DNA from: Phoronis australis
Lineage: Eukaryota > Animalia > Phoronida
Length of the DNA: 64,000 bases
Direction of reading: 5' to 3'
Assembly: GCA_002633005.1 (NCBI GenBank)
Contig: NMRA01000123.1
Span: 47,666-111,665, forward strand
Positions 48,201-60,284 of this stretch are shown in pieces (position 1 is the first letter of the stretch; every line of letters starts with the position of its first letter). The notes under the pieces were generated by a model. That model searched no databases. It was not told where the DNA came from and saw only the letters and a program-made list of their open reading frames with translations. Made by a program: the position numbers and the translations under genes.

Positions 48201-51061
48201 CCTCAAAGACTAACACAGTTGCAGCTACTTTGATGGAAATATCACGTGATGCCGTCATCATAGTCGTCCTCCATGCATCAACCACCATATCTTCCCAAAT
48301 TACACATATTGCGGTTACATGGAATATTGTCATTGAATGTACAATGTCTATAAGAACCGAATGCCATGAAGTCTACACAGATGGTTATAGTGATATGCCG
48401 TTGGTAAGCGTGGGTGCAGACCGACTGGGGTTGCTCTACTTAGTACCCCACACACCAGGAGCTTTCTCGGCTGTACGAGCTTTCTGTTGGGCTATTGTGT
48501 TGCATCACCACTTGTACAAATGCAAACTCAGTGATAACAAACAGGAAGAGATAATCAGGCCAGCCTGCCTATGGACACATGATTCCTACATGACGACCCT
48601 TTGCTACAGGGTGAACGTGCATGGTTAAATTTCAGCATGCTTTTTCATAGAGCAACACGAAAACGCACGATGTCCTTGGATTTCCATGACATTATCTAGA
48701 AACTCACACAGTGATATTTGCTCCAGAACTTACATCAAACTTTGTGTTTTCCTGGGAACGCTGAGGTTATTTTAGCCTCAGACTGTTGTTTAGTCTGTCT
48801 GAGTTTTAGCATCACCAACACCCAATATATCCACTGACAGAGAACATTACTTCCCAGTAATATTAACCATAGCCATAAGTTGATTGCCAGCACACTTCTT
48901 GCTACTTGAGAGAAGGGAAGACAATGACTGGAGACCGCCAATATGTACAGAATACAAAATGACTCAATTTAATCTCACTTGAGCAAATGTGCAAAGTCCC
49001 AAAGTGAGAATATACAAATAATGGCTTGTTACTGAGATCAATGTGCAATTAACAATTGTAATTAATTAGCACTTTCATGAATTAGACACCAAGGGTCTGT
49101 AAAAATGACTCAACACTTAAGACATAAATATGCAATGTTTTATGGTCCCATTTCAAAACTGTTAAATAATGGTTTAGTTGAGTGCATCACAGTCTACAAA
49201 CAATTTATAGAAATTATCCCTGTAACTAGCAGTTATGTGTATATTCTCAGAATTTTTGCTCAAACGAGATTTAATTATTCTTCAGAATTGTGTGGAGTGC
49301 AAGACCAGTATCTCGGTGACTGAAGTCTCCAGTCATTCCTCAAAACAGAATCCTTAAAGCACTTGAGCAAAACAAGTTCAGAAACAAACCTTAAGCTCCA
49401 AAATGTGCACATATACAGTATATAAAAATTGTCTGCACAAGAATAAAGTTTTAGTTTCAACAATAGCATCACTTGCAATCATAACATTAATTGGTGTTTG
49501 CCTAAAATGTCCAATCAGTAGTTTTAGTGAGTACTCTAATTTTCATTAACAGGTTAATTCACAACTTCATTGTCACAGGCCACACACAGTAGCTTTTATA
49601 CGCATCATTACTAATAAAAAATATCTATGTATTGGTATATATATATATATACACATAAGTAAACATATTTTAACTTCGGTGCAAAAGTTTGTCACCGATG
49701 TAGAAAACATTGCATTGAGTTCTAACATTAACTTACAAACATGGCCATCAGACCGAAAGGAATGCACAGGATATTTATGAACCTACATGTCATGTTTCAG
49801 TGATTATCAAATTTAGGGAGCAATTATAATATAAATCTGATGTAAAAACAAAGTCCAGTCTAGGTTAGTATAGAACTGAGAGGGTAACAGATGATAACAG
49901 CCATTGGTTACTTCCAAGTCACCTAAACAAGCACGTGCCAATCCCTCAGGCAAGAGACTACAGAAGAGAGTTAGACAGTTGCATCTGTTCAAGTCAACAA
50001 TAAGCCACCTAGTATTCTGAACAGATGAGATGTTCAAGGAACATGCATCCCATCAGTACCTCGTGGCTTTAGATCCTCTAATATGATCTAATGGAAGTAA
50101 GTTTTTGATTGACAGATACAACAACCAATTAAATCGCATGTGTCATAAAATTTGCATATATCTGCATATGCATTACCTATTTAAAGACAGTATTCCCGCT
50201 TCTTTTCAATTGAAAACTTGATAAAAAAACTTAATCACAAATCAATCTAGTTTGGGCTCCTCAAATGATGTTCTTTCAATAGTTTTCAAATATTATCAAA
50301 ATAATCAGAATCAAATAAGATTTCAAATACAATTTTTGAATTTCTGTTGGTGCACCAACAAAATGGCCGCCAAAGCTCGATGGTAATGAATTTCACATTT
50401 TTGTGAGCTGCCAGAAAAAATGAAAACACAAGATGTTCCTATTTTAGTTGTGCCTCTCATTTGATGAAGACTCCTTCTGAGTTTTAAAATGGTGAGAGCA
50501 TCCATAACAAGCGAAAACCTAGTAAACATTCATTCTGGATACACGGCAAAAAAAACCCAAACATTTCCCTGGCATTACTGAGAAATAGAGGCAGCATCAA
50601 ACATTCCGTGGGTAGCTTGTGTAGTACTAAATGTGCAAGAATGTAAAAGTACTCTCGTGCAGGTACAGGTACCAGACATGCAGAATGATCCCAAAAGAGC
50701 CTCAATAGCATTTTTGGATCTTATTTCCAAAAAGTGGCCCTCAAGGGCAGGGTGTTTCATTCTTGGTGAGAGTTCTTCCAGAAATCCTGAAGAATGAACT
50801 AAAGAGCATTTGCCAGGTATGATCAGATATGCTTGCACGGTAATTACTCAGTTATTTACCAACATGTCAGTTTCGTTAAATTTCTCTACAAAATTAAGAA
50901 TTGAAGACATTTTAGTATGGGTTGCAGTGTGCGAATGTCACAAAACAACATTTCTTAAAGTTTACATCATTTGCAGCCATTGAACGATGGAAAAATGAGT
51001 ATTTTTGTAATTATTTTTATATAGAACAAGTGGGAAACTATCATATAATCTACTTTTGGGT

Positions 51062-54000
51062 CTACCAACTTGCAAACCAAACTAGAGCAGCAAACACAGC
51101 TAGCTGAAAATTACGACAAATTGCAACTGCCGAATTGATGTCATTGCCATCAGGTGGCGCCGTCTTTGGATTGGCCCCAGGTGGTATGTAGCCTTGTAGT
51201 GAACTGGGCCATTCTCCTGTGTCGCGACCATCACACCACATTTCAGGATCCATCTCTGAAGATGAGAGTAAATACATATCAGAACTGGATTTACACTTTG
51301 TGGACGTGGAGCCCTTTTGTTTTGGGCTCGCAGCTCTTACGCTACGTATCCTCTACACCCATTTTACCATATTTCTAATTTACTATAAATCCAAATTTTC
51401 AAAATGCATAAACCAACTATTTTTGTTAAAAGTAAACATTATGGTGGTATTCAACTGTAAAAAGCAACACAGTATGGTTTTCGATACTTAAAAATCAATG
51501 AAGTAATTATCTAAAAATCACAATTGGTTACGGATTGAAGAGAAACGATCATGCGTATTGATATACTTGGAGGATTTACAAATGGTAATCATAATTAATA
51601 TTACATCAAATGGTTTATTCTTTTACATGTATGAAACTAAAATACATTACAGCAAATAAAAACAATGTATGATGACCAAATTAGATGTCAATAGCTTTTA
51701 AGACAGCGCTCATCGCCAAGTCATGTCGAACTATTTTATTCAAGAAGTAACGCACTACCATAAAATTGTGATATTCGTGAGAATGTGCAAAATGACACTA
51801 ATCAGCTGGTGCTGAAACACATGTCGTATAGACTAAGGCTAGCTTCAAAGTCAACGAGAAAATCAAAGGAAGTTGGTAGGCGAGAGCAGACTTCTAAGTT
51901 TCACTGATGATCAAAATCTGCCACTGGAACTTCAAACTTAAAAATAAAATCAAAACATCGCAACCTGGCAAGAATTAAAACAAAATAGACTGGAGCATTA
52001 AAAATAAAAAGACGAAAACTGATACGAAACACTAAACCAACGGTCGTTTAAGAAGTGGCCCTTTATTAAGATGAACCCAAGTAGCCGTGTGTAGTTATTA
52101 TGTAATATTTAAAATGTACCAAATCAAAACCATACTTTTGACATTTCAGGCTGTAACTCTATGCAAATGACAGAGAAAACCTAGTTCGGTGTAACAACCA
52201 CTGTTGAGAAAGTAGTGCTAGCAATTACTTTTCCATTTCCATTAACTGAATACAGAGGGAGTGCTAAATATGCATTATAAACGTTGTCTGAGGGCAAAGG
52301 AAATTTCAGCGGTGACCAGCGTACGCGAGAAATTCTCCACATGAAGCGCGAATGGGGACACTTTTGGAGGGACTCCTGATGATGGAATTTTATAGTTCAA
52401 AATTAAACTTCCTTTCATCATTAAGGTGCTACGTATGGGTTCCTCTCCTAGCAAAATTCAGAGTAAGCAACGAGATTTTCAACAAAAATATTTTGAAACA
52501 CGGCTCTAGAAGAACAAAGCAACAATTACCAATGAAAAGAGACAATCTTCATGACTTATGTGATTTGTAAATTAACCAGGAAACAAAAGCGAATTCAATA
52601 ATAATAATGTTTATATCCAGTTCCCTAGGAAATGCTATATTTAATACAAACTTACCCGAAGATGGGGCACTTAGTGCAAATCTGTACCAAAAGGTAATGT
52701 CCGACTGGCTGCATTCTCCATCACAGAAGAATTCAAAGTTCAGCTCATCACTGTCTTCATTTGAAGTCTGTCGGCATTGGTAAATTTGACCCTGAAATAT
52801 TCACAGTTGCAATGTTGTAAACTGCATGGACGGAATCATACTGATGTCAAACTGCGACAAAGCGAAGAAGATTCCGCATTAAAAATACTCACACTGACTG
52901 TTATGAGCGTTGTCTCTTTAAATATGCAAAAATGACATTTTTGAATGACAACAACCAGGTGACTGTGTACAAAAATAAGAGAGAGTAGCATTTTGAAGGT
53001 TTATAGCACATACAGCTGCATACCTCTCCTTTGCAATTACAGACAAATTACCAACGTATTGAAAACCATAAGTTACCAGCAAGTAAACTTTAGTTTTTGG
53101 TGAGCCAGTGGTCACTACTGGGTCTAAGACCCCTGAACTTACATGATACCCAGGTGAGCCAGTGGTCACTACTGGGTCTAAGACCCTTGAACTTACACAA
53201 TACCCCGCTGCAAGTTCAAGCGGCTATACATCCAACTTTTGATTTAGATCACTTACATTATGAAATTGGCCTCAAATTATTCCTAGTTAGTTAAACTGCA
53301 GATAATTTCAGGGCTTCATAACAATGGACATTTCCTTATATTGCTCGACCAGGGACTACACTTTGGCTTGGCACTGTGTGTTATTTTATTTGCAAGACAT
53401 GGTGTCAATGAATAACTAACAATCAAGTTATATAAATATCACTAAGCGCAGCTTGGCTTATCCAAAATTAAATGGTTGATGCTGACATGTATTCATTTTT
53501 TAGTTGTCTAACTAAATAAAAACTACCGTGAAAAGACAAAAAAAAAACAGAAAAAAACGCCCAAAGTAACACATGTTCATACACAAGGGGGAGCTGTCTG
53601 GACCTGAAAGTGCAGCTCAGTGCATTTGTTTCTGCACAAACCACAGGGAAAAAATCTTACAATACATTATTACGAATTTGGATGAATGGGCCTGACAATG
53701 TGTCAGTTCAGGTGTCCGGCAAAGGCATTACCCGTCCACACAGCGTTGGTTGCGGCGAGTTTTCTGTCTTCAGGCTGCAATATATTGAACATGACATTGT
53801 GTTAGGAAGCAACACACAGAAATAACACTAGAGGGAGTGAGTGGGGTAAACATTCTTCAATTCAGTTGGGACAAATATAATCACTAAAACTGCCATGTTT
53901 CCAATTTCAGAGGCTTACCACATTGTTACAAAATAATGCCTAAAAAATCACCAGTTGTTGTAAGGTAAAAGCAAAGTATTTTTTGTAAACATATTTTTGT

Positions 54001-57000
54001 TGAGAATTTTGATAAAATGAAATTCCACCTGTCCGCCATATTGTGTCTCTCAGGTAACTGAAGAATTTCTACACTAAAAGACAAGTTGTTATTCAATGTG
54101 AACAATACTGTGACTAATTTGACTAATTTCCTACAAAAACTGTATTCAGATCTTAATTAATTTCAAAGTCTTATAATGAACTCAATGGCCGAAAAGAACC
54201 CAGACTCTGCTTAGACTCAAAACTGTACAATCGGGTTCCTCATGAAATATGCCTTGAGCATTCATTAGACAGTTACCCATTTGGAAACAGACTGTTTGCA
54301 AGAGTAGCACACCTCAGTAAACAGGTATTCATGCTGGTGCAAGCCCAAGGGGGCTGGTCTTATCACGTCACTATCCCTGAACACACAGGTTCATGTTTAC
54401 AATAAGACATCTATATTTGTCACTAATGTTTGTGTAACATGACTTGGCATGTGGAAAGAGACACAGTGTATTAAGTTCACCTCTTTGTCACTACACAAAT
54501 ACGCTCTACATATCAGAAATGTTTTTCTTTTTCGCCAGTGATGAGAATATGGATCAATTCTAGTCCCGTGTGCGATTCTTTCCCCGGTGTTTATCATGCT
54601 GGTTTAACTCACAAAATTCGGACAACAGGGAAAGCGGCAACTAAATTCGGACACCACAGAAATTTGGCCCCTGTGAGATTATATCAAAGATAAATTTGTT
54701 CTATTGGAAGTAATTTTAAGTGTCCGGGAATGACACGACTTTACTATATTTCAATGACGTATCAGCTCCCAAGTACAATACATTGAACCCCTGTCATACA
54801 AATTGTTAGCAGTTCAACATCAGATAATGAGTTGTCTCAAAATCCTTCTACCAAATCCCGATAGCTTACCATAAACGTGCTACAGGAATTGTCTCCACCT
54901 GCAAAATTAAAAGCAAGAAGGCTGAGGTTTCCATAACCATTAAAGCACATCATAAATATCATTAGTCTCATTCAAGGTTATCATTGAGTCCGTCTTATTT
55001 AGCCAAGTATTTACAAAACTACAGATTTTAACTCCATAAATGTATAAATTTTCTGTAAGTATAAATCCTGTAGATTTTGATTTTTGGCTTTTCACCAGTT
55101 TGCCATCAATTAGGTCACTTGACCATGTCTTTTTAGTAAAATTAAGGAAAGATGAAAGGTACATTAACATCAGTTCTTAACACAACGATATCACAAACAC
55201 GCACACATTTAGTTTGATACAAGTCATTCAAGATGAAATCTTAAAAATGCTGTTACAGTTTTCTAAATTAATATTTTGTTTTCAAAGTTTTACAAAACTT
55301 TAATTTTGCATGAAAACGATAAAAGTCCTGTTTTTGATAGACCCCCAGGCAAAAGTGGAACAAACATTTTAAAATTAACAATTACTAGTAAAGCATAGTA
55401 TGCTTTAATAGTATACACTATTCTCCCAAGGTTTTTGGTAATTGTTAATTTTAAAATGTTTGTTCCACGTACCTATATATTTCACGTGAATCTGATCAGC
55501 GATTTTTGAGATATGACCCTTTCAAAATTAGGCAAATTTAGACATTTCGCTAGGGCCCTACACACCCTTAACCAAGTCCTCAGTTACCAGATGTTTTGCA
55601 CAACGCTGTGATTTTCTCAACATTGATGGTATGCTTGTTGGACTTATCGAGTTTGTGTGATGTGTATTCAAGGCCAGCAAAGTTCTTGGCTGCTGTGGAC
55701 AAAATCCACACGAAAAATGCATCTGAGATACCGGTAGTTTGTAAAACTCAGCAACAGCTACCTTGTTACAGGCTTTTTTAATTCATAAAAAACTATACAA
55801 CTGCTACTTCAAATGAATCAATTTTACGCAGCTGGATCAAGAGATTTCATGAGAAGAATTGTCAACAGACATCCAACTTATCTAAAAAGTCAAGTGATCT
55901 GCAACCTACATTATCATCCTATAATGAAATTGTGTGGGAATTGAAGGAACAATTGGACTGATGCATGTCTGAATTATGCAATACTGTACTCGATATTAAA
56001 GACTCTGATTTCCTTAAAATGTTGAAAATCCTTAAGCACATTACCTGGCAGCCATATTCATATCAACTTTTCAATTTAACACTGTTTTTGTACTATCTAA
56101 TCATTTTGAGATGGTGATGTGGTAAAATCTATTGGTCTGTTTACACCAACTTCTAGCCTGTTAACATTTTGGCACCGAACAGTCCCTTCTCCACCCATCT
56201 TCAGGTGTTCCAACATCCTCAGAAGAACGAGCATAGGTGTAAGTTAATTGCACGGCTGTCATTCTACTACGACTGCTGTATTACATGAACATGGCCAGAG
56301 AAGTGGCCAACCAGGTGTGCCAATGTAAATAGGCTACAGGTTGGCGTAAATAGACCAATAGATTTTGGAAATGATTTAAAACTATCTTTTATCATTCAAA
56401 ATATGACAAAGTGCTGATAAATTTGTTCACCATGAAAATAAATATAAAGTTCTCTTCTCTACAAAAAAATTAGTACCATTATCTCTAATCTTCTTTTGGA
56501 TGTTCCCGTCACTTTAATGCAAGGCTTTTCTTGTGTGTCGTCATCGTAATATAATATACCCTTCATGAACCCAAGGGGGCGCTTACCGTCCTCAGCAATA
56601 CTGCTGAAATTCCTGTGAATAAACCATTTGTGTTGGTACTTTAGCGAATGAAAAAAAGTGACTTAGTTAACGAGGTGCACCGAATACAATGTTTAATTCA
56701 TTTGCATGTGACATTTTGCGTTCTGTGTGGTGAGATCTCAAGCTGTCAAGCTGGTATTAAACCTGCACCATTTATAACAAGAGCAACGCAGAGCGTTGAA
56801 ATGCGCCCACAATTGCACCGTATACGGCATCCTTCTAGGGTTGTTTATTGGTACCATAAAGTGGCCAGTAGAGGGCATATATGTAGTATGTTGTACTATG
56901 CAAAATGGAAAGGCATGGTCATTGTCTCCTCAATAGGCTAGGGGCAAAATGTGAGTGATCTTCATAATACAAGCACATCCTATACATCAGTTGCTTAAAG

Positions 57001-60000
57001 CACCACAGAAACATAGAATTAAAAACAAATTTACCAACATACGAGATTAGCACAGCATTAGAATGCCAGAAACAAATTTCTACTTGGAACTTTTCCTTCA
57101 CAGTCACGAAGTAACACAAAGTATACACCTGAAGACCTATGAAAATACAGAGGTCAATGTAAAATACTAAAATTGCCACTAGAGGCAAATACTAAAATTG
57201 CCACTAGAGGCATACCGGTAGTCAGAATCATCCTAAAGTCGTCATCGTCCGTTGTCAACATCACATAAATACACTTGCTAAATTTAGTAAAGATCCTGCA
57301 AACGGTTTGGGAGATACAGCCATGGGCGCAAAAAAAAACTGCCACTAGGCGGCGCCACAGTAATCAAAGTCATGGGAAATTCAGCGTCAACCGTCCTCTT
57401 CATAGTAAGAACATACATGCCAATTTTCACAATCATACTTAGAGCGGTTTGGTTGATAGAGGGGTGGACGCCAAAAACAGACTAAAAAACAGTAAAAATG
57501 GCCACTGGGGGTCGCGAACTAGGTCCAATCCATCCGAAAACGGGAGGATAGCGTCATTGCACTAATAGGTGCCTACATATCAAATTTCATGAAAATCCGT
57601 TCAGGACTTGTGAAGATACAGAGGTAAACATAAAAAATAAAATTGCCACTAGGGGGCACACTGGTAGGCGGATCCGTCCAAAAGTCGCCATCGTCTGTTG
57701 TTAACATCATATAAATACACTTATTAAATTTCGTAAAGATCCTGCTTACGGTTTAGGAGATACAACCATAGGCGCCAAAAAAAACTGCCACTAGGAGGCG
57801 CCACAGTAGTCCAAATTGTCTGAAAATCATTGTCAGCTGTCCTCTTTGTAGTAAGCACATACATGCCAATTTTCACAATCATCCTTTGAGCGGTTTGGTT
57901 GATAGAGGGGTGGACGCAAAAATACAGACTCGAAAACAGTAAAAATGGCCACTAGGTGGCGCAAACTAAGTCGAATCCATTTGAAAACGTGAGGATAGCA
58001 TCATCTCACTAATAGGTGCCTACATACCAAATTTCATGAAAATCCGTTCAGGAATTTTGAAGATACAAAGGTAAGCGTAAAAAACTAAAATTGCCACTAG
58101 GGGGCACACCGGTGGTCGGATCTGTCCGAAAGTTTGCACATGCCGTTCCATTCATGAAAGAAACATATGCGCCAAATTTCATGAACCTATGTCAAAGGGT
58201 TTTGGAGATAAAGCAGCGGACGCCGGACGGACGGACGGACGGACGGACGGAGATGACGGCATAATGCGTCCACATATAAATATGTGGGGGCATAAAAATG
58301 ACTTCCGACTGTTGTCACAACTGGTATCAAATTGTTCCACACTTGAATTATGCCTAGAAATGATTTTTGAGCTGAGCTGAGGAAAAATTTACTGAGTAAA
58401 CAAAACTGTAGCTATTTGCTGATAATATCTTACTGACAGTGTGTATAAATATGTATAAGATCAAAAAAGAATATTGAGTTGCTGTGCAGAGCTATCATAT
58501 TAACATACCTGTCATATTGGTCAGGTGGAATAACAGTAAACTCTTTGTGTGTACAGGCTGATGTGACAACTAGAGAAATGAATACAAAAGTGTCAGTTTC
58601 AACTTTATTTATGATAAAACAAAATTACTGCAAAGCTACCCATATACCCCCTCGTGGTTTTTGCTTATTATAAGCACAGATGTGCTACCAAAGTGGGTAT
58701 GCAATTTTGGCATTGATACCAGAGGTTTTTGCCGATTTTGATACTTAATAGTTTAATTGAAAATTTCGTTATAGGTCATATTTTTTAAACAGAAGAATTC
58801 TGGTTTATGGTTGAATTGATCACATGAGGTGCTACGTAATATTTTCTAACCCTTAACATTGAATTCTTCTTCCACCTCGTGGAAAGTTGGGATTTGAACA
58901 GCCATACTGCATGTACATTTACCAAAGGTACTGACGACTGTGACTAGCCTTTGTTTGGGATCAACGAACAGAGACGGACACCAGTGATACAACTGCTCAA
59001 CAAAAAAAATTGGCAATGCGGGCTATTTCTGGTACTGTTGTCTATAAAAATTGAACCCCTCGTCAAAAGTTGATCTTTTTCAGTCTTTGAATGAGAAAAA
59101 TACATAATACCCGGTAAAAGAGAAACCCATACAAAGCAACTGCTCATGTTCTCCTTTGTTGAGTTGTCTTAGGTCTCTTTGGACTTCCTGAGCCATGAAA
59201 ATAGAGTGACTAAATATAGCCTTACGGTATGCATGGTAAAATCTCACAATATTTGAAAACCAGTTTGATGTCCGTTATTCAGTGGAGAAAACTGGTTCTC
59301 AAAATTCGGGCACGTTATATCTGACCATCACCCAATTTTTTCTCATTTTTCCATCAATGATATGTAGCAACAAATCAATGCTTTTCCAGTTCAATGCTTG
59401 TCCCAAAGTTAGTACCAAACAATCTTTTGAGTAACCCACACAGAACGGTTACCTGACTTAACTCCCCCCAAAGAACCCAGTCAGTTCTAAATGGATGTGC
59501 ATCTAATGAAGACAGAAGGGGTATGTATCATATTTGAGCAATCTAGGCATTACCAAACCCTGCATGTTGTAGGTAGGGTATAGATTGATTAGTCCCCAAC
59601 TGAAAACACTGCTTTTGGATTTATTTATAACAGGCTAACACCTACAGCACCGATATGTCCTCTTTGAAGAAATGAGATGCCAAACACATGCCAAAAGTTA
59701 ACAGAAAAGTATGCTCAAATAACCCCAACCACATACCATGATTTCAAAACTTTTCTGCAAATTGTGTAAAAATAACCTAATTACATATGTTGCCTTTTAA
59801 AATCTGTTTCCGGGAAACACCAAAGCTTCCAAAACTCCAATTTATTAAAACGGACAAAAGCCAGTTTGTTGTACAGTTGTGTACACTCGTTACAATAACA
59901 ATTCCTGGCGTCGATTCCAAGTTTTTTGGTCCAAGAAAACAGTCCAGCACCCATTACACTACCAGTGAAAGATGAACAATGAATATTTAGAAAAACTGGG

Positions 60001-60284
60001 CATGACAAATCAGCTGACAACTTTATAAATGACAGTAACATGGGATGGTAGCCAAGATATGAAATGGACGATTTTCATTTCTTACAATTTACCAAAATTA
60101 TGTGCTAAGCAACAGAGTAACTAAATTTGTCACTTTTTAGCTTGACTGCGTCAAATGGCGAAAAATGTAGCCTCTTGGAAGCAGTGATGAAAGCAGGTTC
60201 AATTTTATTGTAGAGCTGAAAGGGAGGTAACTTACCAGTTGGATTAAAACCTGCTGCTAGAAGAAGTATACACACCACCTTCAT
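51062..60284 (-). CDS. Uncharacterised secreted GPI-anchored Cys-rich protein, 215 aa. Exons 60236-60284, 58509-58569, 56477-56612, 54870-54898, 53732-53774, 52656-52791, 51062-51255
   Basis: Seven GT-AG exons total 648 nt in one frame: signal peptide MKVVCILLLAAGFNPTVVTSA, 8 Cys in the mature domain, Pro-rich spacer, GPI-like end NSAVAICRNFQLAVFAALVWFASW*. The first coding exon is the least certain. Confidence 0.8.
53099..53197. repeat. 53-bp tandem duplication
   Basis: ggtgagccagtggtcactactgggtctaagaccc occurs twice. Confidence 0.9.
55355..55468. repeat. Perfect 31-bp inverted repeat with a 52-bp spacer, inside an AT-rich interspersed repeat
   Basis: gtggaacaaacattttaaaattaacaattac / gtaattgttaattttaaaatgtttgttccac. 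Confidence 0.9.
56776..58298 (-). mobile_element. DINE-1/HINE (Helentron-associated) type element with a satellite core of about 150-bp monomers in a 447-bp higher-order repeat
   Basis: Subterminal IR atgcgcccac (56801) vs gtgggggcat (about 58284), terminal palindrome 58264-58293, (GACG)n at about 58225-58250, tandem core at about 57150-58200. Confidence 0.8.

Noticed and set aside
48161-48628. 155-aa plus-strand ORF, and a minus-strand exon candidate near 48370
   Set aside because: No recognisable motif. The neighbouring gene already ends at 51062 with a GPI-like tail.
57150-58200. CRISPR-like array (recurring short motif with spacers)
   Set aside because: Eukaryotic context, the spacers are themselves homologous in a 447-bp period, and there are no cas genes.
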